64,000 nt of DNA from Bryobacter sp. (GCA_044340255.1 JBIITX010000001.1:132138-196137); one strand, 5' to 3'. Positions 17,914 through 28,288 are shown, counted from the first letter of the stretch. The notes: generated by a model not told the origin, from the sequence alone. Translations and numbers: made by a program.

Positions 17914-19826
17914 CGGTCGGTTGCTTTGGGGCTCGACGAGTAGCCCAATCCAAAGCCGATCGGGAACAACGGGTTCTTCGAATCATGCGGCATATCTTCC
18001 AACTGGCTGCGGACCGCATCCATGGAGGAGGGCATTTCAAAGGGCAATTTGCCGCTGGGGGCAAATTTGCCAGTGAGCACATCGAAGAGCGCCTGGTCAC
18101 TGACACCGAAGGTAGCGAGCAAGGCCGCTGAATCTCCAGCGAGTTCTGGAATGACGCGAGGCCGCTCGAGGTACAAGACCGTGATGAGTGGGCACTTTTT
18201 CGCCAACGCCTGCAACTGCCCGACCTGCTCCGCCGGAAGCGTGAGATCGATCGGCCGGTTGCTGCGTCCGGCCATAAAGCCCTCGGCCCGTGCCGCCACC
18301 CGCGCGATGCACACATCGGCCTTTTCGGGATTCGTTGTTGAGGCATAGCCGTAACGGGATGCCACAGAGGGGTCTATACCTTCGACGTACATCTTCACGC
18401 CTGGTTGCAGGGGCAGCACCCCATTGCGATTCTTGAGCAGCACAATCGATTTGCGCTGGGCAAGCGCTGCCTTTTGCTCGAACTCCTTGTTGCGGACGGT
18501 GCGGGTTGCTTCTTCCGGATTGACGTACGGATTCTCGAACAGGCCGAGCGCAAAGTGAATGCGAAGGATTCGCCTTGCAGATTCCTCCACGCGCGCCTCG
18601 GTCAATTTTTGTTCCTTCACCAACTGCACGATGAGCTCGGGTGTCGCGTCGCCGCCCATACGGTCCACTCCGGCTTCGATCGCCTTGAGGTAACGCTCTT
18701 TCACAGACAAGACTTCGACACCCCAGGGCATGCCGGTCGAGATGCCGGTGTCGGAATTCACAACGCCGTCAAAACCCAGCTTCTCCCGCAGCAGACCAGT
18801 GATGATCTCCCGGTTGTAGGACATGCCGGTGGCCTCTTTGGCAATGCCGTTGGGCACTGCGTAGTAGGGCATGATCATGGCAGCGCCGGCGGCGATGGCC
18901 GCCTTCCAGGGAAGAAGGTGGTATTCGAGGTTGTTGCCCGGATAGACCTGATTCTTGCCGTGCGGAAAGTGGGCATCGAACCCGCTGCCGGCGGGCCCTG
19001 CGCCAGGGAAGTGTTTGGTTACCACCGCCACGCTATTGGGCCCAAGAGACTTGCCCTGAAAGCCACGAATCAGGGCGCTGATCATATCTGCCGTGAGCTT
19101 TGCGTCTTCGCCGAGGGTTTCCGAAAAGCGGTTCCAACGCGGTTCGGTACCGACGTCGGCCGTTGGATGATAGGCCCCACGCAAGCCGACGGCGACATAC
19201 TCGCGAGCGGCGATTGAGGCGAACTCCTCCACGAGTTTCGGGTCGCGCGTTGCCGCCAGGCCCAACGTTCCCGGCCATTGGGAGAAGGCACTGGCGGCTT
19301 CCATGATGCCGAAGTTGGTGCCGGCCCCGAGATGATTGCGCGGGTTGGTGACAAACAGAGGAGGCACTCCCAGCCGCGTACGTTCCGCGACTTCCTGAAC
19401 CGCATTAAGCCAGCTGGCCATTTGCCGGGGAGGCAGATTGGCGCGAATGATGAACTGCGCGAGGTGTAACTGGTGCAAGGCCTGCTCGGTGCCGGGGGAG
19501 AACAGTTGCAGCGGCCCTGGATTGAAAGGATTGGTGCCATAGGTAGGCTGATCGCTGATGCCACCTGTCGGGCCCGGGTTCAGGGAAGGGCCAACCATGA
19601 GCCCAGCCTTCTCTTCAATGGTCATGCGCGAAGCCAGATCACGGGCACGTGCCTCGGCTGTGAGCCGCCAGTCTTCGTAGGGGTCCAGTTGACCGTTCTT
19701 GTTCAAGTCTTTGAACTGCAGCCCGTCGACACGCAAAATGCTAACCGTGCGCGAGCCCAGAACGGGCTGGATCTGCGCTACTTGAGCCGAAGCCAGGGCG
19801 GCTGTGAGACAAAGCAATATCTTCAT
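17910..19826 (-). CDS. GH3 beta-glucosidase/xylosidase
   Basis: KHFPG, LLREKLGFDGVVNSD (nucleophile region), SIVLLKN, PSGKLPFEMP. Confidence 0.92.
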   Translation of the reverse strand: MKILLCLTAALASAQVAQIQPVLGSRTVSILRVDGLQFKDLNKNGQLDPYEDWRLTAEARARDLASRMTIEEKAGLMVGPSLNPGPTGGISDQPTYGTNPFNPGPLQLFSPGTEQALHQLHLAQFIIRANLPPRQMASWLNAVQEVAERTRLGVPPLFVTNPRNHLGAGTNFGIMEAASAFSQWPGTLGLAATRDPKLVEEFASIAAREYVAVGLRGAYHPTADVGTEPRWNRFSETLGEDAKLTADMISALIRGFQGKSLGPNSVAVVTKHFPGAGPAGSGFDAHFPHGKNQVYPGNNLEYHLLPWKAAIAAGAAMIMPYYAVPNGIAKEATGMSYNREIITGLLREKLGFDGVVNSDTGISTGMPWGVEVLSVKERYLKAIEAGVDRMGGDATPELIVQLVKEQKLTEARVEESARRILRIHFALGLFENPYVNPEEATRTVRNKEFEQKAALAQRKSIVLLKNRNGVLPLQPGVKMYVEGIDPSVASRYGYASTTNPEKADVCIARVAARAEGFMAGRSNRPIDLTLPAEQVGQLQALAKKCPLITVLYLERPRVIPELAGDSAALLATFGVSDQALFDVLTGKFAPSGKLPFEMPSSMDAVRSQLEDMPHDSKNPLFPIGFGLGYSSSPKATDR

Positions 19827-19892
19827 AAGATGCTGAGAGCATCTTATAACGCTGCTAACGGAGTAACTCTTCCGGCTGCGGCACGAGGTTGT

Positions 19893-22800
19893 TCAATAGA
19901 CTTCGAGATTGGTATAGCCCGATGCGGATGCCCTGGCCCCGTCAGAGGGGTCATTCGGGTTGAGGCCATTGCGGCGTTCCCATTCGTCGGGCATCCCATC
20001 GCTGTCGCTATCGGGTAGCGCTGTTGCAGAGACGATGGTCGGTAGACCGCCCACTTCCCTGGGGCTGTTGATGATTCGGCCGCTTCGAGTTTGCACCTGT
20101 TCGACGATGCGTTGATCGACGCTGTCACGGGACTTGCTGGCTCCACCGCTTCGCAGCACGGCCAATGCGGCTTCTTCGGGCGTTGCGATTGCTTCGATCT
20201 GAACGGTTTCGTGCCTGCTGTCTTCGCGCCGCGAGTAGGTGCCCGAGATCATCTGCCATTCTGTGTTGACGCCATTGATTGTGTTGTTCTCCAGATAGAC
20301 TGCTGTGTTGGCGCTACCCCCGAGGAAGGCTCGATTTCGACTGGAGCTTGCAGGCCCGGCAATGTAGGCGTTGCCGACGAGGTTGAGTCTCGTATTGCCT
20401 TCATCAGCAGCTCCCGAGTATCCGGCAGTGCTGCCCCAGTTGTAGACCACGTTGTTGACGAAATCGAGAGTGATGTTATCTCCCAGTCGCGGATTGCGGC
20501 TGTCGTGGTGCGCAAAAAGATTGCCATAGTAGGTCACGTTGCCATTACCGAAACGGATCAGGGAGCCGTAGCCGTGCGCCCCTTTCTCGTGACAGGAGTT
20601 GCGCAGGCTTTCTGTAATGAACGACCACTGTACGGTGACTGCGGTCGAGTCTGTAACCGAAAGCGTTTCATCGACGCTCCAGGAGGCTGATACGTGGTCG
20701 ATGATCACATTCTGCGATTGATCCACCCACAGCGCGTCATCCTGCGTCGCGGGGCAATTGGCATCGCCCATGCGCATCCGAAGATGGCGAATGATGATGT
20801 TGCGCGCACGTGAAACGACCACCGGCCAACCGGAGATCGTAATGCCGCCGCCGGGCGCAGTCTGGCCGGCAATGGTGAGATTGTCGCGGTTGATGGTCAA
20901 CCGGGAACGAAGTTCGATGTTGCCGGCGACGGCGAAGACGATCGTACGCGGTGCGCCAGTGGCACTCAGTATGCCCTGCCGAAGCGAGCCGGGGCCGGCA
21001 TCGTTGCGATTCGTTACGGTGTACACCTCGCCGCCACGTCCACCCGTGGCGAAAGCACCCTCTCCTTCGGCTCCCGGAAACGCCCGCAAGGCCGGGCGCT
21101 CGATGAGATTCAGTGTGGCGGTTGCCCTGCCACGGAAACTTGAGTCCACAACCGACGCCACAACGGTGTAGCGCCCCGGCGTGATGGGCGGGGTGGGCGA
21201 GCCGTTGTAGGAGATCTCCAGTCGTGGCACCAACGGGAAAGCGGTCGCGGTAACCGCTTTGGGGCTGCCGTCGGCCACCTGCGTGAGGTTGCGGAGGGTG
21301 ATGACAACAGGAGTCTGCCGGATCACTAGCTGACCCGTTGCTGTCCCGGCGTACCGGTCGTCGTGGATCACTGCGCTGACCGTGTAGGTGCCCACCTGTG
21401 TTGGCGGATCGGACGATCCGTTGTATGTAATTCGTACGGGGAGCCCGGCCGGCTCGGTGCTGGCAACAACGGCTTGCGGCTGGCCGTTGAAATTTCTTTC
21501 AAGGCTTGACAGTTGAATCCCCGCATTCAAGCGGGTTGTCGGTTCCCAGCCGAGGACGATTGCCGGGTTGCGAAAGCGTTCTGCTTCCGCAGCCGTAAGC
21601 TGGCGCGAGAAAGGCGCGCGGCCTGCGACGTTCAGCGGTGAGCCGTCCAGATTGCGTGAATTGAACTCTCCGAATTGGACACGCGGTGCTGTGGTGGCGT
21701 TGTTCAAAAGCCAGCCTTCGGCGCGAATGTGAGGGCCCATGCGAGTGTCGATGAAGTAGACCTGGCTGAAGGGAAAGACGCCAGGGTCAATGCGGGAAAG
21801 CCATCCGCCACTTACGCCGGGCTCAGCGGTGAGCCGGCAGTCGAGAAACACGTTGCCGAGTGTGTTTTCGCGATTCCGGATCTGAGTCAGATAGCCGCCG
21901 GAAGAAACCATCCGCAACTCCGAATCCTGAACGAACACGCCGCCGTTGCCCCAGACAAAATCCACGTCGCCCTCGATGTAGGAACTGTTGACGAATGCCG
22001 ACCCCTGCAACCAGAGCGTGTCCTGGAAGGACATCAGGTTGACGTAATTGAGGGTGATGCGCTGGTTGTTGCCGCGAAAGGCCTCCGCCTGCGAACCACC
22101 TTTCGGAGTGGTGTTGTGGATGGTGAGATATTCGAGCGTGAAATCTGGGGCGTCAACTCCAAAGACCTGGCGCTGCTGGCTGTTGAGGTTGGCGTTGTTG
22201 GGATAGCGGATCAGGGTGTTGCGGTCTTCGCCACGCACAACGAGATTGGGCTTGTTGGAGGGCACGTAAATCTGTTCGACGTACTCACCTGGCTTGACCG
22301 TAATGACGGTGCGGCGCGTGTTGTTGGCAGGTACAAAGTCGATGGCAGATTGAATGGTGCAGAAGTCGCCGCCGCCAGCCGCATCGACAAGAAGTGAAGT
22401 GTCGCCAGCGGTTGGCAATTCGGTGCGCGTACGAAAGCTCCAGCCCTGTGCGCCCTGGCCGCGGTATGGGACACCCCGTTCATCTACGAGCACGCCAGGC
22501 TCGATCTCAATCGAATAGTCTTCGCCCGGCTGCAGCCGCAGGAGCGGAAAGAACAAACGGGCGATGTTGCCGTCTGTAAGTATCGGGAGGCTATTGTAGG
22601 GTGTACCACCGATGACGCGAGTGATCGTTGGGCTTGCCACATTGAACGTAGACACCAGCGCGCCGTCAGATCGAAACAGGCGCACGGAGCCGCTCGAGCC
22701 TCGGCGGACGGGTCCATCAAATGTCAGGACTAAAGGCGTGTCCAGGCAAGTGCCAGTCGAGCGATGAGTGGGTGTGGTGCCGAGAACAGACAGGCGTGAG

Positions 22801-24083
22801 ACAACGCTGAGGCGAACTTCGCGGCTGCGGACCGCGCCGCTTGGATTTGTGACCAGTACGCTGTAGAGGCTGTCGTCATCGCGCGTTACTCTAGACAGAC
22901 GCAGCGTCGATGCGTTTGCCCCAGGGATGGGGTTGGGCCCGCGCCACCATTGGTAGGCGAGGTTTTGACCGGTGGCGACTACACTCAGCACCGCAGGGTC
23001 ATCGAAGCTGACCGTAACAGGCACTGGGGGCACAGAGATGACGGGGGCAGGGGGAACCGCCTCGTTGACCACGCGAAGATCCACGGGGTCTGATATGACA
23101 GTGCCGCCAGCATTCGAGGCACTGAGGGTGTAGCGGCCGGAATCGGCGGGGCGCACATTAGCGAGGGTCAGTATCGGCTCCGTGGTCGTCGTGAGCGGCT
23201 GGGAGTCTTTGTTCCAGCGCAGGGTTGTTGCTCGCGCAACCGCAGCGGTGAGCGTGATGTTCGATCCTGATTGCACTGTGAGTCGAGTGGGTTGTGGTTG
23301 CAGGGTGAAGACCGGAGGAGCTGGATCGTAATCGACGAGGATGCGTGAAAACGCAATGCGCTGGGCAAAGGCAGGCCCGATGACGCGGAACCCGAAGTAG
23401 TCGAATTGATCAGGGAGGTTGCTCCCCGAGTCTGTTGCCGTGAATGTGAGGCCGGCAATCGAGACGCTGATTCGGGACTCTGTTGACGAAATACGGTGCA
23501 CAGTCCATTCCAGTGTGTAGGGCGTGTTTTCGGCCAGGTTGATGCGGCCGGGGTTCACCGAGCCTGGGGCTGGGGAGAGGGACAGAAAATCTGCAAAGGA
23601 GTTGAAGATGTTGGCTCCACCCAGGTTGGTGCGGCGGGCTATGTTGAAGGCGCTGCCAGAGCCCGAGGCGAAGTACTGCAAGCCGTAGCCGGGGTCGCCG
23701 ACAAAGGTGGCCTGATTCATTCCTCCTGTGAGGTCGGTTGTGTTTCGTGTTCCTTGCGAGTCGAATATTCCGAAGCGAATGTCCTGCGCGTTGGCAGGGA
23801 AGCCTGATACCGAGAACGTGATGGCGACCCTGATCCTGTCGCCGGCTTCCAGACGCAGAGGCCGATTGGGTTGCGTAAAGAATGCCCAGATTGCCTCTGA
23901 GCCTCCCGCGTTCGTGATGTCGAATGTTGCCTGACCGGGTTGGTCTGTGCGAACCGTGCCGCTGCGACCTTTGAACAGACGGAGAACCGGATTGGCGGGA
24001 TCAAATCGTTCGTCGATGATGACGCTGGCAAAAAGGGTTGAGGCCGTAAACACGGCAATCAGTGCAGATTTTACAGAAGGCAT
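19893..24083 (-). CDS. Secreted multidomain pectin enzyme: Ig-like repeats + pectin methylesterase (CE8) + MBG-like repeats + pectate lyase (PL1-like)
   Basis: CE8: QAEAF, FQDTLW, IEGDVDFVWG; lyase: AFPGAEGEG..ATGGRGG, NVIIDHVSASWSVDE, RNPR, DSDSDGMPDEWE. Confidence 0.85.
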   Translation of the reverse strand: MPSVKSALIAVFTASTLFASVIIDERFDPANPVLRLFKGRSGTVRTDQPGQATFDITNAGGSEAIWAFFTQPNRPLRLEAGDRIRVAITFSVSGFPANAQDIRFGIFDSQGTRNTTDLTGGMNQATFVGDPGYGLQYFASGSGSAFNIARRTNLGGANIFNSFADFLSLSPAPGSVNPGRINLAENTPYTLEWTVHRISSTESRISVSIAGLTFTATDSGSNLPDQFDYFGFRVIGPAFAQRIAFSRILVDYDPAPPVFTLQPQPTRLTVQSGSNITLTAAVARATTLRWNKDSQPLTTTTEPILTLANVRPADSGRYTLSASNAGGTVISDPVDLRVVNEAVPPAPVISVPPVPVTVSFDDPAVLSVVATGQNLAYQWWRGPNPIPGANASTLRLSRVTRDDDSLYSVLVTNPSGAVRSREVRLSVVSRLSVLGTTPTHRSTGTCLDTPLVLTFDGPVRRGSSGSVRLFRSDGALVSTFNVASPTITRVIGGTPYNSLPILTDGNIARLFFPLLRLQPGEDYSIEIEPGVLVDERGVPYRGQGAQGWSFRTRTELPTAGDTSLLVDAAGGGDFCTIQSAIDFVPANNTRRTVITVKPGEYVEQIYVPSNKPNLVVRGEDRNTLIRYPNNANLNSQQRQVFGVDAPDFTLEYLTIHNTTPKGGSQAEAFRGNNQRITLNYVNLMSFQDTLWLQGSAFVNSSYIEGDVDFVWGNGGVFVQDSELRMVSSGGYLTQIRNRENTLGNVFLDCRLTAEPGVSGGWLSRIDPGVFPFSQVYFIDTRMGPHIRAEGWLLNNATTAPRVQFGEFNSRNLDGSPLNVAGRAPFSRQLTAAEAERFRNPAIVLGWEPTTRLNAGIQLSSLERNFNGQPQAVVASTEPAGLPVRITYNGSSDPPTQVGTYTVSAVIHDDRYAGTATGQLVIRQTPVVITLRNLTQVADGSPKAVTATAFPLVPRLEISYNGSPTPPITPGRYTVVASVVDSSFRGRATATLNLIERPALRAFPGAEGEGAFATGGRGGEVYTVTNRNDAGPGSLRQGILSATGAPRTIVFAVAGNIELRSRLTINRDNLTIAGQTAPGGGITISGWPVVVSRARNIIIRHLRMRMGDANCPATQDDALWVDQSQNVIIDHVSASWSVDETLSVTDSTAVTVQWSFITESLRNSCHEKGAHGYGSLIRFGNGNVTYYGNLFAHHDSRNPRLGDNITLDFVNNVVYNWGSTAGYSGAADEGNTRLNLVGNAYIAGPASSSRNRAFLGGSANTAVYLENNTINGVNTEWQMISGTYSRREDSRHETVQIEAIATPEEAALAVLRSGGASKSRDSVDQRIVEQVQTRSGRIINSPREVGGLPTIVSATALPDSDSDGMPDEWERRNGLNPNDPSDGARASASGYTNLEVY

Positions 24084-24121
24084 CTCAGTTGTATCGCTCG
24101 AAAAAGTTTATCCCGGAAACG

Positions 24122-24153
24122 AAGAAGCCCGCCGCGGGGGCGGCGGGCTTCTT
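24122..24153 (-). terminator. Intrinsic terminator downstream of pnp
   Basis: 14-bp perfect stem AAGAAGCCCGCCGC/GCGGCGGGCTTCTT with 4-nt loop. Confidence 0.8.
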
Positions 24154-24170
24154 TATTGGTTTATTGCGGA

Positions 24171-26297
24171 TTAAGCGCCGGCGGTGCCTTTGAGCTTTTC
24201 GCGTTGCTCCTTGAGGAGAGCTTTGCGGCTGAGCTTGATCTTGTTGCCTTCAACGCCGAGGACCTTAACCATGATCTGGTCGCCTTCGTTCAACTCATCG
24301 CGGACCTGACGGACGCGCGCTTCGCTGATTTCGCTGATGTGCAGCAGGCCATCGGTGCCGGGGATGATTTCGACGAATGCACCGAAGTCGGCGATTCGCG
24401 TTACGGTTCCCAGGTAGGTCTTGCCCACTTCGGCTACGGCGCAGATATTGTTGATCATCGTCAACGCCTTCTGGGCTGCGGCTGAATCGGAAGCGAACAC
24501 CTTCACGGAACCATCATCTTCAACATCGATCTTGGCACCGGTCTGTTCGACGATGCCACGGATGACCTTGCCACCAGGTCCAATCAGTTCGCGAATCTTG
24601 TCGGTCGGGATGGTCACCTGGTACATGCGCGGAGCATGCGGCGACATCTCGGTGCGCGGCGTTGCCAGGCACTGGTCCATGGCATCGAGCAGGTAGATGC
24701 GACCACGGCGGGCTTGTTCGAGGGCTTCGGTGAGCAGGTCACTCGATACGTCCTGAACTTTGAGGTCCATCTGCAGGGCGGTGACGGTGTCACGGGTACC
24801 AGCAACCTTGAAGTCCATGTCGCCGTAGTGATCTTCGGCACCGGCGATGTCGGTCAGGATGGCGTACTTGTCGCCTTCCTTCACCAGACCCATTGCGATA
24901 CCGGCTACGGGAGCCTTGATCGGCACACCGGCATCCATCAGCGACAGGATGCCGCCGCAGATGCTGGCCATCGAGCTCGAGCCGTTCGATTCGAGGATGT
25001 CCGAGACGCAACGCATCGTGTAACCAAACTTTTCAGGGGGCGGCAGCACAGCGGCGATGGCACGTTCGGCCAGGTTGCCGTGGCCGATTTCGCGGCGGCC
25101 GGCACCACGCATGAAGCCCACTTCGCCGACCGAGAAGGGCGGGAAGTTGTAGTGCAACATCCAGCGCTTGCTGGTCTCAGCAAAGTCGAGCATTTCGATC
25201 TTTTGTTCGTCGTCGCTGGTGCCGAGGGTGGTCGTTACCAGGGCCTGTGTTTCACCGCGGGTGAAGAGGCACGAACCGTGGGTGCGGGGCAGGATGCCGA
25301 CTTCCATTTCGAGCTTGCGGATTTCATCGAAGGCGCGGCCATCGGGACGGCGACGCTTGTCGAGCATCTCTTCGCGGAAGATCTTTTCCTTGAGGGCATC
25401 GAAGTACTTGCCGGCCAATACCTGCTTGGCTTTGGCTTCATCGGTGTCGCCTTCAAACAATGCCTTGGCTTTGGCCTTGCACTCGTCGACCTTGGCGTAA
25501 GAGTCGAGCTTGCTGTACTTCTTGGTGTCGAGGGCATCGGTCAGATCGGCCTTGACTGCCTTTTCAATGGCGTCGAAGATGCTCTGATCCATGACCGGAG
25601 GAGTGTAGGTGCGCTTGGTTTTGCCAGCCTTGGCGACCAGTTCCTTGATGCCGGCAATGATGGTCTTGCAGCAGTCGAGACCGAAATCTACGCAGCGGAC
25701 GACGTCGGCTTCAGCCGCGCCCATTCCGCCGGCTTCTACCATGACGACGCCAGCTTCGGTGCCGGCGACGACAATGGAGATCTCCGCGCGCTTTGCTTCG
25801 TCGTAGGTCGGGAGGGCAATCAACTTGCCATCCAGAACGGCAACACGCACTGCGGCGAGAAGGTGATGGAAGGGGATATCAGAAATGGCGAGGGCGGCAC
25901 CGGCACCAGAAAGGGCCAGGATACCGGGGTCGCGCTCGGGGTCGGCCGAAATGACGTAGCCGACCACCTGAGTGTCATTCAGATAGCCTTCGGGAAAGAG
26001 AGGACGAAGGGGACGGTCCATCAAGCGGGCATTGAGCGTTTCTTTTTCGCTCATACGGCCTTCGCGCTTGATGTAGCCACCGGGGAACTTACCAGCCGCG
26101 TAGGTATACTCGCGGTAATCGCAGGTGAGGGGGAAAAAGCTTGCGGTGTCTTTCGGCTTCAGGTTCGAGCAGGCGGTAGAGAGAACGACGTTATCTCCAC
26201 AACGGATGACAACGGAACCATTGGCCTGCTTGGCCATCTTACCGGTCTCAATGGTGATCTTGTGGCCATGGAGATCGATTTCAACTGTGTGAATCAT
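24171..26297 (-). CDS. pnp: Polyribonucleotide nucleotidyltransferase (PNPase)
   Basis: FFPLTCDYRE, RRREIGHG-like GRREIGHG, LESNGSSSMAS, GDMDFKVAG, KH and S1 domains. Confidence 0.99.
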   Translation of the reverse strand: MIHTVEIDLHGHKITIETGKMAKQANGSVVIRCGDNVVLSTACSNLKPKDTASFFPLTCDYREYTYAAGKFPGGYIKREGRMSEKETLNARLMDRPLRPLFPEGYLNDTQVVGYVISADPERDPGILALSGAGAALAISDIPFHHLLAAVRVAVLDGKLIALPTYDEAKRAEISIVVAGTEAGVVMVEAGGMGAAEADVVRCVDFGLDCCKTIIAGIKELVAKAGKTKRTYTPPVMDQSIFDAIEKAVKADLTDALDTKKYSKLDSYAKVDECKAKAKALFEGDTDEAKAKQVLAGKYFDALKEKIFREEMLDKRRRPDGRAFDEIRKLEMEVGILPRTHGSCLFTRGETQALVTTTLGTSDDEQKIEMLDFAETSKRWMLHYNFPPFSVGEVGFMRGAGRREIGHGNLAERAIAAVLPPPEKFGYTMRCVSDILESNGSSSMASICGGILSLMDAGVPIKAPVAGIAMGLVKEGDKYAILTDIAGAEDHYGDMDFKVAGTRDTVTALQMDLKVQDVSSDLLTEALEQARRGRIYLLDAMDQCLATPRTEMSPHAPRMYQVTIPTDKIRELIGPGGKVIRGIVEQTGAKIDVEDDGSVKVFASDSAAAQKALTMINNICAVAEVGKTYLGTVTRIADFGAFVEIIPGTDGLLHISEISEARVRQVRDELNEGDQIMVKVLGVEGNKIKLSRKALLKEQREKLKGTAGA

Positions 26298-26313
26298 CTA
26301 GTGATTCCTCCTA

Positions 26314-26430
26314 TTGATCTGTACAAAGATCAAGGAGACGATTTGAATACTGATTGTGTGCTCTGTCCTCCGGGACAGAGATCAGGCAATACCCCAAAAT
26401 AGCAACAGCCGGAGAAGCGATTTCCGGCTG
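26314..26430 (-). promoter_or_regulatory. rpsO-pnp intergenic stem-loops
   Basis: Three hairpins: CAGCCGGA/TCCGGCTG (26406-26430), CTCTGTCC/GGACAGAG (26361-26380), TTGATCT/AGATCAA (26314-26333). Confidence 0.55.
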
Positions 26431-26450
26431 CTGGTTGGTTTTTTTGTTGG

Positions 26451-26720
26451 TTACTTACGAATCCCGAGCTTTGCGATCAGTGCCTGATACTGTTGGGGAT
26501 TTCGGCCCTTCAGGTAGTCGAGCAGCTTACGCCGCTGCGCGACAAGCAACAGAAGACCACGGCGAGAGCTGTGATCTTTCTTGTGAGTCTGGAAGTGTTG
26601 GGTGAGCTGGGTAATACGTGCGCTGAGCAGTGCCACCTGGACTTCCGTCGAACCAACGTCTTTTTTGTGACGGGCGTTTGCCGCCACGATCTCTTTTTTC
26701 GCTTCTACTGCCAATGCCAT
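26451..26720 (-). CDS. rpsO: 30S ribosomal protein S15
   Basis: [20 protein letters not shown]...[25 protein letters not shown]. Confidence 0.99.
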   Translation of the reverse strand: MALAVEAKKEIVAANARHKKDVGSTEVQVALLSARITQLTQHFQTHKKDHSSRRGLLLLVAQRRKLLDYLKGRNPQQYQALIAKLGIRK

Positions 26721-26795
26721 TTTAAGGGGGGTACTCCTCTTCGTTCCTTAATCAACCTTTTGTTCGCCTTTCAGGTTAGCATAAACGCAATCGTT

Positions 26796-27137
26796 ATGGA
26801 AAACCCTCGCGTCACTCTATTACTCGTTTTTATGAGCGGATGGTTGTTTTCAGCCGCTTTGCCTGTCAAAACCGTGCTGGAAAATAAAAAGGTGAGGGTC
26901 GTAGAAACGACATATATGCCGGGGGTGCCCCGCGAGCGCGGGGTGCGGGAGACGGATCAGGTGATTGTATTCCTGGAGGATTGCGCCTATGAGCGGAAGG
27001 ATCCGGAGACGGGGGCACTCACGATTCGCAAGCGGAAGGCGGGTGAGGTGATCTGGCATGACAAGGGGGAAGCCGCGCCGCAGTTGACCAATCAGGGGAC
27101 GACACCGTACCGGACGATCACGGTGGAACTGAAGTAG
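26796..27137 (+). CDS. Small secreted cupin-like protein
   Basis: Signal-like N-terminus; VLENKKVRVVE...RKAGEVIW...N.G..PYR.ITVELK. Confidence 0.6.
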   Translation: MENPRVTLLLVFMSGWLFSAALPVKTVLENKKVRVVETTYMPGVPRERGVRETDQVIVFLEDCAYERKDPETGALTIRKRKAGEVIWHDKGEAAPQLTNQGTTPYRTITVELK

Positions 27138-27713
27138 ATGTGGTTTGCCTGGCTGATGCTTTGGGCGAGTCGGTTTCATGAGCCGATGGTTGCGCAGCGG
27201 AAGCGGAAGCTGTTTGCGGGATTGCGTGGCCGGGTGCTGGAGATTGGCCCCGGCAACGGGGTGAATCTTCGCTATCTGCCCGAGGGGGTGAAATGGACGG
27301 GGTATGAACCGAATCGGCATCTGGCGCGAAGGATTATTGTGCCGAAGGGCGGACAGCTCTTTGTCGAAGCCTATTCGGGGCAGGCTGGGGAATACGATGC
27401 AGTCATCTGCAGCCTGGTGTTGTGTAGTGTCGAGGATCCGGCACTGGTGCTGGCGGGTTTATACCGGAGTCTGCGGCCGGGAGGCCGGCTGCTGTTTGTG
27501 GAGCATGTGGCGGCGAAGCGTGGAACCGCTTTGCGGGCGGCACAGGAGCGCTGGCTGCAGGTTTGGCGGTGTTGTGCCGGGGGCTGTCATCCGAATCGGG
27601 AGACGAAAGGCTTGATTGCCGGGGCTGGCTTTGATATCAAGTGGAGCGAGCGATTCCATCTGCCTTTGTGGCTGGCGGGACCGCATCTGATTGGGGAAGC
27701 GGTGAAGCCATGA
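27138..27713 (+). CDS. Class I SAM-dependent methyltransferase
   Basis: RVLEIGPGNG.N, YDAVICSLVLCSV, LRPGGRLLFVEHV. Confidence 0.88.
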   Translation: MWFAWLMLWASRFHEPMVAQRKRKLFAGLRGRVLEIGPGNGVNLRYLPEGVKWTGYEPNRHLARRIIVPKGGQLFVEAYSGQAGEYDAVICSLVLCSVEDPALVLAGLYRSLRPGGRLLFVEHVAAKRGTALRAAQERWLQVWRCCAGGCHPNRETKGLIAGAGFDIKWSERFHLPLWLAGPHLIGEAVKP

Positions 27714-28288
27714 CGAGTGATGAACGGGCCCTTTGCTGGGCTGAGTTTGAGCGAGCAACGCGGGAGCGCGGCCACGCGTTTCGACAACCGGTGGTGATGA
27801 GTGTGGATGAAGAAGGATTCCCGGCCGGGCGGGTGCTGACGCTGCGGGCGGCGGTGGGGGGCAAGCTACGGTTCCACGTGGATCGACGGAGTCCGAAGTT
27901 TGAGCACTGGATGCGGCAGCCGATTGCCGGAGCGGTGTTCTATGATGCGGCGGGGAAATGGCAAGTGCGGGTGAAGGGGCTGGCTGAATTGCACTTTGAG
28001 GATGATGTGGCGCGAGCGGCGTGGGAGCCGTGCCATCCGATGAGCAAGCGGACGTATCTGACGACGACGCCGCCGGGCGGGGAACTGGATTGGGATGCGG
28101 CGAGCGCGTTTCCGGTGGGGCTGGAGAAGCGGCGGCCGACGGAAGCTGAGAGTGAGGCTGGATATCGGAACTTCGCGGTGCTCTTGCTGGAGGTGATCGA
28201 GATGGATTCTTTGCACCTGGCAGGGGAAGGGCATATGCGGTTTCACATCTCGGAAAGTGCGGAATCGGTGCGGCGTCTGGCCCCCTGA
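27710..28288 (+). CDS. Pyridoxamine 5'-phosphate oxidase-like FMN-binding protein
   Basis: H.FRQPV, P.GR.LTLR, FHVDRRSPK, FYD...KWQVRVKG, GYRNFAVL. Confidence 0.8.
   Translation: MTSDERALCWAEFERATRERGHAFRQPVVMSVDEEGFPAGRVLTLRAAVGGKLRFHVDRRSPKFEHWMRQPIAGAVFYDAAGKWQVRVKGLAELHFEDDVARAAWEPCHPMSKRTYLTTTPPGGELDWDAASAFPVGLEKRRPTEAESEAGYRNFAVLLLEVIEMDSLHLAGEGHMRFHISESAESVRRLAP

Noticed and set aside
24636-26402. Long antisense or alternate-frame ORFs (e.g. 588 aa opposite pnp, 668 aa opposite the TBDR, 520 aa at 45829-47391)
   Set aside because: Shadow ORFs expected from high GC and codon bias; they overlap well-supported genes and have no motifs.
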